A stretch of 64,000 nt of DNA from Minisyncoccota bacterium. GTDB taxonomy: Bacteria > Patescibacteriota > Minisyncoccia > Phycocordibacterales > JAQTLZ01. This document shows positions 36,134 to 45,503 of the stretch, piece by piece. The stretch's first letter is position 1; each line of letters starts with the position of its first letter. The notes beneath the pieces are model-generated. The model saw only the letters and a list, made by a program, of their open reading frames with translations, was not told the origin of the DNA and ran no database searches. The stretch spans positions 86,610 to 150,609 of the forward strand of contig JAQTSY010000001.1 of the NCBI GenBank assembly GCA_028711065.1, in the 5' to 3' direction. The position numbers and the translations under genes were made by a program.

Positions 36134-37360
36134 ATGAAAAGAAAGGAAAAACAAAAAAATACATACGGCGGAGCATATGTTCCAGAAATGCTCGTTCACG
36201 CACTCAAAGAAATAGAAATTGAATTTGAGAAAGCTTTGAAAGATAAGCGGTTTCAGAAAGAATTTCGAGAACTTCTGCGCTCTTACAGCGGACGGCCAAC
36301 TCCGCTTATTTATGCTGGAAATCTCACCAAACATTTTGGCGGTGGTAAGTTATATCTTAAAAATGAAGGCGCAAACCATACAGGAGCTCATAAAATCACT
36401 CATTGCTTAGGCCAAGCGCTCATCGCAAAAAGACTCGGGAAGAAAGAGCTAATTGCAGAGACTGGGGCAGGCCAGCATGGAGTCGCAACAGCAACTGTTG
36501 CCGCAAAGTTCGGTTTTAAATGCAAAATATTTATGGGAGAAGTTGATATCGCCCGTCAAAGACCGAACGTTTTCTGGATGGAACAACTTGGGGCGGAAGT
36601 CATAAGCGTTTCTTCGGGAAGTAAGACTTTGAAAGATGCCGTGAACGAAGCCCTCAAATATTGGATGGCTCATTCGGATGAGAGTTATTACGTGATTGGT
36701 TCTGTCCTCGGCCCCCATCCATATCCGGAAATGAATAGAACTTTCCAGTCGATTATCGGAGAAGAAATTCGTGAGCAAACAAGAAAAGCAGAAAAAAAGC
36801 TTCCTGATGTAGTTGTCGCCTGCGTGGGAGGCGGAAGCAACGCAATCGGCGCATTTTACGATTTTGTGAAAGAAAAAAATGTCCGACTTATCGGAGTTGA
36901 AGCGGGAGGAATCGGAAAAAGAGTCGGGGAAAATGCCATGCGAAAAGAAAATGGCAGCCTCGGAATCTTTCAGGGATACAAATCACTTTTTCTTCAGACG
37001 AGCGAAGGACATATCGCCCCCACGCATAGCGTAGCGGCAGGATTAGATTATCCGGGAATGGGGCCGGAACTCGCGACACTGTTTCGAGAGAAAAGAGTTG
37101 AACTTCAATCTGCAACTGATAAAGAAGCCGTCGAAGCATGTCTTCTTACGGCAAAACATGAGGGAGTTATTCCCGCACTTGAATCTTCACACGCACTTGC
37201 ATATGCGTATAAAATACTGCCGAAACTCTCGAAAAAAGAAGTGGTGGTGGTAAACGTATCAGGAAGAGGGGATAAAGACCTTTTCAATCTCACCAGATAC
37301 CTAAACCACAAGGAATTTAAAAAGTTTCTCGCAGAAGAAATTCAAAGATATGAAAAATAA
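36134..37360 (+). CDS. trpB: Tryptophan synthase beta chain
   Basis: HTGAHK (PLP Lys), AETGAGQHG, GPHPYP, GGGSNA, AGLDYPG, SGRGDKD. Confidence 0.98.
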   Translation: MKRKEKQKNTYGGAYVPEMLVHALKEIEIEFEKALKDKRFQKEFRELLRSYSGRPTPLIYAGNLTKHFGGGKLYLKNEGANHTGAHKITHCLGQALIAKRLGKKELIAETGAGQHGVATATVAAKFGFKCKIFMGEVDIARQRPNVFWMEQLGAEVISVSSGSKTLKDAVNEALKYWMAHSDESYYVIGSVLGPHPYPEMNRTFQSIIGEEIREQTRKAEKKLPDVVVACVGGGSNAIGAFYDFVKEKNVRLIGVEAGGIGKRVGENAMRKENGSLGIFQGYKSLFLQTSEGHIAPTHSVAAGLDYPGMGPELATLFREKRVELQSATDKEAVEACLLTAKHEGVIPALESSHALAYAYKILPKLSKKEVVVVNVSGRGDKDLFNLTRYLNHKEFKKFLAEEIQRYEK

Positions 37361-38138
37361 TCTTGATCACATAATAGAAAAATTTGGCGAGAGAAAAAAG
37401 ACGGCAATTATGGCCCATCTTGTAACGGGATATCCGACTCTTGCTCTCTCGAAAAAAATTGCGCAGTCGCTTGTAGCCGGCGGAGCAGATATTATCGAAA
37501 TCCAGGTCCCTTTTTCTGACCCAATGGCAGACGGACCACTTATCGTTGAAGCTTGTCAGAAGTCCCTCGATAATGGAACCAAAGTAAAAGATAGTTTTGC
37601 GTTGGCTGAATTCGTAGAGGAGACTTTAAAAACTCCGGTGGTGCTTATGACATATGCAAATATTGTTATTCATATGGGTATCGAAAAATTCTGCGATGAG
37701 TGCAGAAAGTATAAAATTTCTGGAGTAATTGTCCCCGATCTTCCTTACGACTCAAAAGAGGGAAGGGAATTAAAGAAGCAGGCCGCGAGAAAAGAAATTC
37801 ATTTGATTTATGTTCTCTCTCCAGCGATAGAAAAAGAGAGGCTTGAGAAAATTTCTAGACAAGCAACTGGCTTTCTCTACTGCACATCGAGGCAGGGAAC
37901 TACCGGAACAGGAAAAAGATTTGCGAATGATTTGCATTCATATCTTAAAAGAGTTAAAAAAAGTTCTCATCTGCCTTTAGCTGTCGGATTTGGAATTTCC
38001 TCTCACAAAGACGTAAAAGAAATAAAACCCGAGGGAGATATTGCAGTCATTGGCAGTGCAATTATTGATCTTATACAAAAAACTCCAACACAAAAAACAT
38101 TGAAGACTATCGAAAAGTTCGTAGAAAGGTTGAAATAG
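37350..38138 (+). CDS. trpA: Tryptophan synthase alpha chain
   Basis: EIQVPFSDP.ADGP, MTY.N, VPDLP, SRQGTTG, VGFGIS. Confidence 0.96.
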   Translation: MKNNLDHIIEKFGERKKTAIMAHLVTGYPTLALSKKIAQSLVAGGADIIEIQVPFSDPMADGPLIVEACQKSLDNGTKVKDSFALAEFVEETLKTPVVLMTYANIVIHMGIEKFCDECRKYKISGVIVPDLPYDSKEGRELKKQAARKEIHLIYVLSPAIEKERLEKISRQATGFLYCTSRQGTTGTGKRFANDLHSYLKRVKKSSHLPLAVGFGISSHKDVKEIKPEGDIAVIGSAIIDLIQKTPTQKTLKTIEKFVERLK

Positions 38139-38181
38139 AGTTGGTTATACATAACAGCCTTATTTTGGTATTATTAACGCC

Positions 38182-39126
38182 ATGAAAAAAATCTTGCTTT
38201 CAGGGGTAAAGCCGACTGGCCGGCCTCATATCGGCAATTATTTCGGCGCAATGAAGCAATTTGTGGATCTTCAAGAGAATCACGAGAGCTACATTTTCAT
38301 CGCCGATCTCCACGCGCTCACTACAGTTCAGAATAAAGAAGAGATGAGCGAAAATATTTTGGGCGTTGCGCTTGATTATCTTGCAATCGGACTTGATCCG
38401 AAAAAAGTTACGCTTTACAAACAATCAGATGTCCCGCAAGTGGCCGAGCTTGGCTGGATATTCAACTGTCTTACTACGATGCCGTACCTTTCTCGCGCGC
38501 ACGCCTACAAAGATGCCGAGGCGAAAAATAAGGAGGTAAGCGTTGGTCTCTTTGATTATCCGCTTCTTATGGCGGCTGATATATTGATTCAAGACGCAAA
38601 CGTCGTACCAACAGGCCTCGACCAGAAACAGCATATTGAAATCACACGGGATACTGCGGAGAAATTCAATAGAATTTTCGGAGAAACGTTCAAAATGCCA
38701 GAACCGCTTATTCTCGAATCAGTAAAAGTGGTTCCAGGAATTGATGGCCAGAAAATGTCAAAGAGTTACAACAATACTATTTCACTTTTTGCCACAGACG
38801 AAGAAATCAAAAAAGCTGTAATGGGAATTGTCACGGATTCAAGCGCGGGAGTGCCAACCAATGTATATGCGATTCATTCACTCATCAGAAACAAGACAGC
38901 ACTCGACAAGTTGTATGAAGAGAAAAAAGGAAAGTACAAAGATCTGAAAGACGCGCTTATAGAAGATTTGATTGCGTTCATAAAACCAATGCGAGAAAAA
39001 AGGGAAGCGTTGGCGAAAGACAAAAAAGCAATCATCAAAATTCTGAAAGGAGGGGGCGAGCGAGCCCGCGAGCGAGCCGAAGCAAAGATGCAGATTGTAC
39101 GAGAGAAAATAGGAGTTGCACTCTAG
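38182..39126 (+). CDS. trpS: Tryptophan--tRNA ligase
   Basis: HIGNY, YP.LMAADI, DQKQH, KMSKS. Confidence 0.98.
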   Translation: MKKILLSGVKPTGRPHIGNYFGAMKQFVDLQENHESYIFIADLHALTTVQNKEEMSENILGVALDYLAIGLDPKKVTLYKQSDVPQVAELGWIFNCLTTMPYLSRAHAYKDAEAKNKEVSVGLFDYPLLMAADILIQDANVVPTGLDQKQHIEITRDTAEKFNRIFGETFKMPEPLILESVKVVPGIDGQKMSKSYNNTISLFATDEEIKKAVMGIVTDSSAGVPTNVYAIHSLIRNKTALDKLYEEKKGKYKDLKDALIEDLIAFIKPMREKREALAKDKKAIIKILKGGGERARERAEAKMQIVREKIGVAL

Positions 39127-39149
39127 AAGAAAAGTGGTATTATTTATCC

Positions 39150-39358
39150 ATGCCAACGACCCGGCTGACACCGGCGAGGATGAAGAAAGAACGGAGTGAA
39201 GCCAAGGCCTAAATCGGCCAAAGCCGATCGGCCAAGTAGATTCTTCCGGGTAAGCCCGATATAGCGAGACAAGAGAAAGAAAGCGAGGTGGCACCGCGAC
39301 ACTCGTTCGCCCTCGCAAAAACAAAATTAATTTTGTTTTTGCGAGGGCGATTTTCTTT
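39150..39358 (+). ncRNA. T-box riboswitch with ultrashort Stem I and Asp (GAC) specifier
   Basis: K-turn CC-AAC-GA...GA-GG; hairpin CCGG-CT GAC A-CCGG; Stem II with GAA/AGTA S-turn; CGGG-TAAG-CCCG; antiterminator GCGAGG-TGGCACC-GCGA...TCGC-CCTCGC; terminator 39307-39358. Confidence 0.9.
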
Positions 39359-39389
39359 TATTAACTAATCTGTACTACGATATATCGTA

Positions 39390-40802
39390 GTGAAAAAAAT
39401 GAAAGGACGAACATACATTGGTGAGTTGAAAGATATGGCAGGAAAAGAGGTGATGATAGCCGGCTGGGTGGATGTTCGGCGCGATCAGGGAAAACTTATC
39501 TTTTTTGATTTCCGCGATATGACGGGAACGGTGCAGGGCGTTATTTTACCGAAAGCAACCGAAGCTCACGCAGTAGGAGAAAAATTGCGTTCAGAATGGG
39601 TTGTCCAGGTCCACGGAAAAGTAAACGCTCGTCCAGAAAAAAATGTTCAAAAAGAGAAACTCAATGGCGCGGTAGAAATTGAAATTCTGTCAATACAAGT
39701 CCTAAACGAAGCGACAACTCCAGCATTTGATGTTGCGGGAGCGGGCTCTGAAATAAACGAGGAAACCCGGCTTAAATATCGATATCTCGACCTCCGTCGT
39801 CCTCGGATGCAGAAAAATGTTCGAGCACGGCACAAAATCCAGCAACTCGTCCGTAATTTCTTTACAGCAGAAAAATTCACCGAAATTGAAACTCCGCTCC
39901 TTTCTGCAACAACTCCGGAAGGTTCGCGAGATTATGTAGTTCCATCACGCCTTGAACCAGGGCATTTCTACGCACTTCCACAATCACCCCAGCAATACAA
40001 ACAGCTTCTTATGTCCGCTGGATTCGAAAAATATTTCCAATTTGCCCGATGTATGCGAGATGAAGATACGAGAGGGGATAGACAGCCGGAATTTACCCAA
40101 CTCGATATGGAGATGAGTTTTGTCGAACGCGATGATGTGATGGCGATAAATGAGAAAGTGCTTATCGAAGTGGTAAAAACGCTCTATCCTGAAAAGAAAA
40201 TCCAACAAATTCCTTTTCCGCGAATGACATATGACGAAGTAATGAAAAAATATGGAGTTGATAAGCCGGATATCCGAGAAAATAAAGAAGATCCGAATCT
40301 TTTGGCATTTCTCTGGGTAATTGATTTTCCGTTCTTTGAGAAAGATGACAAAGGAGGATGGACATTTACTCATAATCCATTTTCACGCCCGCAGAAAGAG
40401 CATACGGAATGGCTTATGGAAAAGAAAAATATCGGCGAAATAAAAACAACGCAGTACGATGTAGTGTTGAACGGCTACGAGATTGGTGGGGGTTCTATCC
40501 GAAATCACGACCCCAAAGCACTCAAAAAAGTGTTTGAAATTATGGGATATTCCGAAGAGAGAATTCAGCATAATTTCGGCCATATGCTCACAGCACTTGG
40601 CTCCGGCACACCCCCGCACGGAGGAATTGCGTGGGGTTTTGATCGATTTCTTATGCTTCTTCATAACGAACCAAATATCCGCGAGGTTATTCCATTCGCG
40701 AAAACTGGAGAGGGAAAGGATCCGATGATGGGCGCGCCGACGACGATTACCGACGAACAACTTCATGAACTCGGCATAAGCATCACCAAAAAGAAAAAAT
40801 AA
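39390..40802 (+). CDS. aspS: Aspartate--tRNA ligase, short form without the GAD insertion
   Basis: OB fold, RLKYRYLDLRR, TPEGSRDY, LPQSPQ.YKQ, RQPEFTQLD.E, GGGSIR, PPHGG. Start may be GTG 39390 or ATG 39399. Confidence 0.97.
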   Translation: MKKMKGRTYIGELKDMAGKEVMIAGWVDVRRDQGKLIFFDFRDMTGTVQGVILPKATEAHAVGEKLRSEWVVQVHGKVNARPEKNVQKEKLNGAVEIEILSIQVLNEATTPAFDVAGAGSEINEETRLKYRYLDLRRPRMQKNVRARHKIQQLVRNFFTAEKFTEIETPLLSATTPEGSRDYVVPSRLEPGHFYALPQSPQQYKQLLMSAGFEKYFQFARCMRDEDTRGDRQPEFTQLDMEMSFVERDDVMAINEKVLIEVVKTLYPEKKIQQIPFPRMTYDEVMKKYGVDKPDIRENKEDPNLLAFLWVIDFPFFEKDDKGGWTFTHNPFSRPQKEHTEWLMEKKNIGEIKTTQYDVVLNGYEIGGGSIRNHDPKALKKVFEIMGYSEERIQHNFGHMLTALGSGTPPHGGIAWGFDRFLMLLHNEPNIREVIPFAKTGEGKDPMMGAPTTITDEQLHELGISITKKKK

Positions 40803-40805
40803 TTC

Positions 40806-41534
40806 GTGGAAAATCAGGGCTACAAAATAAAGACGGAGAAATTCGAGGGACCGCTCGACCTTCTGCTTTCTCTTATCGAAAAGCGCAAACTGCTCATCAA
40901 CGAAATTTCGCTCGCCCAAATCACCGACGATTATATCGGCTATATAAAAAATAACGGCAAGGAGACGTTGGGGGAGAGTGCCAACTTTATTTTAATCGCC
41001 TCCACGCTTCTCCTTATCAAATCCCGCTCGCTGTTGCCCAATCTTTCGCTGTCCGAAGAAGAGGAGCAGTCAATTAATGAGCTCGAACGCCGCCTGAAAA
41101 TCTACAAAGAAATCAAAGAGCTCTCTGTACATATTGCCGAACGTTTCGGAAAAGAGATGATTTTCGCCCCGCAGATGCGGAAATTCGATCCTGTTTTCTC
41201 GCCAGACAAAGATACAACGCTTCCGAATATGCTCTCTGCGATGGAGCGGGTGCTTCAGAGCTTGCCGAAGAAAGAATTTCTACCGAAAGCAGTCGTGAAA
41301 AAAATCATAAGCCTCGAGGAGATGATAGGGAATCTCACGGTACGCATCCAAAAAAGCTTGAAAATCGGCTTTAAAGACCTCGCAAAAGTCGGAAAGGATG
41401 ATAAAATCAATGTCATCGTTAGTTTTCTGGCAATTCTTGAACTGGTAAAACAGGGTGTTGTCTCTGTTGTGCAAGAATCAAAGCATGACGATATTATGAT
41501 CGAATCGAATGATCTCGGAGTACCGAGATACTGA
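40806..41534 (+). CDS. scpA: Segregation and condensation protein A
   Basis: FEGPLDLLL.LI, IKSR.LLP, SFLAILEL.K. Confidence 0.95.
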   Translation: MENQGYKIKTEKFEGPLDLLLSLIEKRKLLINEISLAQITDDYIGYIKNNGKETLGESANFILIASTLLLIKSRSLLPNLSLSEEEEQSINELERRLKIYKEIKELSVHIAERFGKEMIFAPQMRKFDPVFSPDKDTTLPNMLSAMERVLQSLPKKEFLPKAVVKKIISLEEMIGNLTVRIQKSLKIGFKDLAKVGKDDKINVIVSFLAILELVKQGVVSVVQESKHDDIMIESNDLGVPRY

Positions 41535-41537
41535 GTA

Positions 41538-41625
41538 AAAAGGCAAAAGGAGAAAGTCGAAAGTCCGAAAATATTAAATATAATTAAATTAACTTTACAC
41601 TTTTCACTTTAAACTTTTAACTATT
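41538..41625. repeat. Degenerate heptamer-periodic inverted repeat between scpA and scpB
   Basis: AAAAGGC AAAAGGA GAAAGTC GAAAGTC ... ACTTTAC ACTTTTC ACTTTAA ACTTTTA. Confidence 0.5.
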
Positions 41626-41627
41626 TT

Positions 41628-42188
41628 ATGGAATTAGACGCAACATTAGAAGCAGTTTTGTTTTTCAAAGGCGAAGCTGTTTCGATAAAAAAACTTTCTC
41701 AAATCCTCGAGAAAAATCCTGCGGAAATCCAGGATGGTTTGAGGGTGCTTGAAGAAAAGTTAAAAACCAGAGGAATCCGGCTTCTGCGTATTGGAGATGA
41801 AGTGGCGCTTGGCACAGCATCGAAAGCAGATGAAATAATAGAAAAACTCACCAAAGAAGAACTTTCAAGGGATATTGGGCGTGCGGGACTTGAGACACTT
41901 TCCATCATTATTTACCGTGGGCCGATTGCAAGAAGGGAAATCGACTACATCCGAGGAGTGAACTCAACCTTTATTCTTCGAAATCTCCTTATTCGCGGAC
42001 TTGTGGAAAAAGTTCAGGCTGAAAAAGATCAGAGAAGCTTCCTCTATAAACCAACGCTTGAACTCCTTTCGCATTTGGGACTCGAAAAGATCGAAGATTT
42101 ACCAGAATATACGAGAGTGAAAGAAGAGATAAAGAAGTTTGAAGAGAGTGAAAAGCAGACAGAAGAGGGGGAAAATGGGACGCACTAA
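41628..42188 (+). CDS. scpB: Segregation and condensation protein B
   Basis: LEAVLF, LETL.II.YR.P, IDYIRGVNS, L..RGL. Confidence 0.95.
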   Translation: MELDATLEAVLFFKGEAVSIKKLSQILEKNPAEIQDGLRVLEEKLKTRGIRLLRIGDEVALGTASKADEIIEKLTKEELSRDIGRAGLETLSIIIYRGPIARREIDYIRGVNSTFILRNLLIRGLVEKVQAEKDQRSFLYKPTLELLSHLGLEKIEDLPEYTRVKEEIKKFEESEKQTEEGENGTH

Positions 42189-42196
42189 AAGAAATT

Positions 42197-44128
42197 ATGA
42201 AGCAAATACTTATTTTTGTTGCTGTTATTATCATCCTCGTTGTTGGAGGATTTTTTTTGCAAAACAAAAATAATCTCGAGAAAGTCCAGAATATAATTAC
42301 GAGAGCAACTCCGACCCCGACACCAACACCCGAAATTGACCCAAGCTCGCTTACCTGGACACAGACAAAAACAAACGCGGAAGGCTGGCCAAAACGCGAC
42401 TCTCATTCGGTATTTGTATTTGATAATAAGATGTGGGTGCTTGGCGGGCTTGATGCCGATAGTTCAAAAATTGCCGGAGTACCTGATTATGAATCAGCAA
42501 TTTATTACAACGATATTTGGAATACTTCAGACGGCGTGAATTGGACGAGAGTAGTGGAACATGCCGATTTTCCTTACATCCGCTCGGCATCGGTCGTCAA
42601 TTTCAAAGGAGTGCTCTATATGTACGGAGGCTGGAGCCCGCATGATGGGCTTGAATATAAAAACGGTATTTGGAGCTCGACTGATGGAATTCATTGGAAA
42701 AAAGTGGTTGAGAAACCGGAATATCCTGAAAGGGAGGGACAAATCGTGCTCGAATGGAATGGGAAACTGTGGCTCGTCGCGGGTGTGGATTATTTTGGGA
42801 GGAAAACGTTCAACGACGTTTGGTCTTCTGACGACGGGATCCACTGGACAGCGGCAACCACAGACGCCCCTTGGCATTCAAGGTGGGACCACGCGCTCGG
42901 TGTATGGAACGGAAAAATGTATATCGCCGGAGGAATGAATTTTCACGGAGTTGGCTACAGCGATGAATGGGTCTCAAGCGATGGCGCTCATTGGGACCTC
43001 GTAAGTCCGAACGCTGCATGGGGAGAAAGGCAAGGACAAGAAATAGTAAATTACCATGGATACATGTGGCTCATTAGTGGGCTTCATTCTGCAAGCAACG
43101 AGGGTAAAGGTGACGCGTGGTATAGCACTGACGGAATTGAATGGAAAAAAGCTTCGGACGATTACCAATGGAAGGGTAGGGAAGACCACGGCGTCATTGT
43201 GTTCAACGATAAAATCTGGGTAATGGGAGGAATGGACAGCGATTGGCACTGGAATGGAGATGTGTGGTCTTCCGGTTTTTTGCCGATGTTTAGCGCACCA
43301 AGAGAAAAAATATCGCCAACACCATCACCAGAACCCACAGTAGATCTTTCAAAGCCGGACGTTTCAGCACTTGAATATTTTTCCATTCTTTTAGATGCGC
43401 AAGGGAAACAGACAATCCTCGCGGAGAAGAATAAAAATATGCCGGTACCAATTGCAAGCATAACCAAACTTATGACAGCAGTGATTGCAAGCGAAGAGCT
43501 GCCTGCAGACAGAAACATAACCGTACCAGCAAGCGCTCTAGCGGGGAAGGGAAGTGCGGGAGAAATAAAGGCTGGAGAAACATTTTCTCTGAATGACCTG
43601 CTTTCTATACTTCTTCTTCCTTCCGATAACGATACTGCGGAACTTTTAGCGCAAACAGTTGGTGAAGAAAAGTTTATTAATCTCATGAATAAGAAGGCCC
43701 AAGAGATCGGAATGACTCACACAAAATACGTAAATGCCATGGGACTTGATAACGGAACTGCAATTGATTCAAATCAGTCTACAGCTGAAGATCTTTCTAA
43801 ATTGGCTATCTATATTATTAAAAATCATCCAAAGATTCTTGCGATAACCGGCACAAAAGAAAAAACTGTTTCAGATACCGCAGGAATACAGCATACGCTC
43901 AAGTCTACAAACCATATGTTTGATATTAAAATGGCGGTTGATGTTCTTGGAGGAAAAACTGGAGAAACGCCACTTGCGAAGAAAAACCTTGTTCTCATCA
44001 CGAACGGATTTTCTCCCCAATCTTCTAGCCCAGATGACCGCATGATTTCGGTTGTTCTCCATTCAGACGATAATTTTTTTGATATGCAAAAACTTATATT
44101 CTGGATAGTAAGCAACTGGAAAAAATAA
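42197..44128 (+). CDS. Kelch-repeat beta-propeller fused to an S11 D-Ala-D-Ala carboxypeptidase domain
   Basis: TM anchor; about six repeats of W..R..H......KMW..GG......ND.W.S.DG..W; catalytic SITK, SDN, KTG. Confidence 0.88.
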   Translation: MKQILIFVAVIIILVVGGFFLQNKNNLEKVQNIITRATPTPTPTPEIDPSSLTWTQTKTNAEGWPKRDSHSVFVFDNKMWVLGGLDADSSKIAGVPDYESAIYYNDIWNTSDGVNWTRVVEHADFPYIRSASVVNFKGVLYMYGGWSPHDGLEYKNGIWSSTDGIHWKKVVEKPEYPEREGQIVLEWNGKLWLVAGVDYFGRKTFNDVWSSDDGIHWTAATTDAPWHSRWDHALGVWNGKMYIAGGMNFHGVGYSDEWVSSDGAHWDLVSPNAAWGERQGQEIVNYHGYMWLISGLHSASNEGKGDAWYSTDGIEWKKASDDYQWKGREDHGVIVFNDKIWVMGGMDSDWHWNGDVWSSGFLPMFSAPREKISPTPSPEPTVDLSKPDVSALEYFSILLDAQGKQTILAEKNKNMPVPIASITKLMTAVIASEELPADRNITVPASALAGKGSAGEIKAGETFSLNDLLSILLLPSDNDTAELLAQTVGEEKFINLMNKKAQEIGMTHTKYVNAMGLDNGTAIDSNQSTAEDLSKLAIYIIKNHPKILAITGTKEKTVSDTAGIQHTLKSTNHMFDIKMAVDVLGGKTGETPLAKKNLVLITNGFSPQSSSPDDRMISVVLHSDDNFFDMQKLIFWIVSNWKK

Positions 44129-44153
44129 GCGTTCCACTATATAATCTCCCAAC

Positions 44154-45227
44154 ATGGTCATAGATATCGTAAAAGTTTTTCTACCCTCAACCGTGGCTTT
44201 CTGTATGGGTATTTTCATCACCCCGTTTCTTACAGACTACCTCTACAAACACGAAATGTGGAAGAAAAAAGCGGGCAAAGTTGATATGCAGGGAAATGCT
44301 ACGCCCATTTTTAACTCCCTTCATAAAGAAAAAGAAGTGGGAACTCCAAGAATGGGAGGTATTGTAATTTGGGGAAGCACTATTGTAACAGTGCTCTTTT
44401 TCTTTTTGCTCGCAAGAATTTTCCCGAGCGCCCTTTCGCACAAAATTGATTTTCTTTCCCGAAATCAAACGTGGCTTCCGCTCTCAACCCTTTTTCTCGG
44501 GGCGATCGTAGGACTCATTGATGATTGGCTCGAGATAAAAGGAAGCCGAGATCATATCGCCGGGGGACTTTCTCTGAAAAAAAGACTTACCGCCGTTTTG
44601 GTCATAAGCCTTCTTTGCGCGCTGTGGTTTTATTTCAAACTTGGAGTTTCTTCGATTGGACTTCCGTTTCATTTTGAATTGCCACTCGGACTCCTCTTTA
44701 TTCCGTTTTTTATGGCAGTAACTGTTTTTATTTATTCCGGCGGGGTTATCGATGGGCTGGACGGCCTCGCGGGAGGAGTTTTTGCAAGTATGTTTGCCGC
44801 ATATGCTGGAATCGCTTTTTATCAAAATCAAATAGACCTTGCAGCGCTTTGCGCCACCTTTGTCGGGGGAATAATGGCATTTTTGTGGTTTAACATTCCT
44901 CCGGCTCGATATTATATGTCTGAAACGGGAACAATGGGCCTCACCATCGCTCTTGCCGTAGTGGCATTTCTTACCGATTCACTCGCAGGCGGATATGGCA
45001 TTTTGGTGCTTCCAGTCATTGCATTACCGCTTGTGTTAACAACCCTTTCAAACATTATCCAGGTCCTTTCAAAAAAATACAGAGGGAAGAAAGTGTTTCT
45101 CGTCGCACCGCTCCATCATCATTTCGAAGCCCTCGGCTGGCCGGCATATAAAGTGACGATGCGTTATTGGATCATAGGAATTATTTTTGCAATTTTGGGA
45201 CTCATTTTGGCGTTGATTGGAAAATAG
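44154..45227 (+). CDS. mraY: Phospho-N-acetylmuramoyl-pentapeptide transferase
   Basis: GTPRMGG, GLIDD, DGLDGL, FLWFN..PA, APLHHHFE. Confidence 0.95.
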   Translation: MVIDIVKVFLPSTVAFCMGIFITPFLTDYLYKHEMWKKKAGKVDMQGNATPIFNSLHKEKEVGTPRMGGIVIWGSTIVTVLFFFLLARIFPSALSHKIDFLSRNQTWLPLSTLFLGAIVGLIDDWLEIKGSRDHIAGGLSLKKRLTAVLVISLLCALWFYFKLGVSSIGLPFHFELPLGLLFIPFFMAVTVFIYSGGVIDGLDGLAGGVFASMFAAYAGIAFYQNQIDLAALCATFVGGIMAFLWFNIPPARYYMSETGTMGLTIALAVVAFLTDSLAGGYGILVLPVIALPLVLTTLSNIIQVLSKKYRGKKVFLVAPLHHHFEALGWPAYKVTMRYWIIGIIFAILGLILALIGK

Positions 45228-45235
45228 AAAGCTCG

Positions 45236-45402
45236 CCCACACCTTTTGGAAAACAGCCCCACTGGTTCTTTGATTGCGGAATAGTCGGTTTTCTTCACGG
45301 AAAATTGAAAACTCCTCGCGTGGGCTTTGTCAGACAGTTCAATTTTCCTAAAAACCTCCTTTCCGCTGCACAAAGCCCAGTGAGTTTCCCAAAAGGTGTG
45401 GG
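45236..45402. repeat. 167-bp rod-like inverted-repeat element
   Basis: CCCACACCTTTTGGAAAAC / GTTTCCCAAAAGGTGTGGG (18/19) plus five nested inner helices. Confidence 0.65.
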
Positions 45403-45503
45403 ACTCGCTTGCGTGGTAAAAAATTGACATAACAAAACATAAATTGTAAAGTTTGGTTTGGCTTCATTGACATACAACCAAAACCCCATTCGGAGGTACC
45501 GCC

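Noticed and set aside
39150-39212. uORF MPTTRLTPARMKKERSEAKA as an aspS leader peptide
   Set aside because: It has no Asp or Asn codons, and the sequence is fully explained by T-box Stem I/II structure.
45236-45402. Firm call as 6S RNA or an integron attC site
   Set aside because: No clear large central bubble or dedicated promoter for 6S; lacks RYYYAAC/GTTRRRY ends and an integrase for attC. Kept only as an unexplained element.
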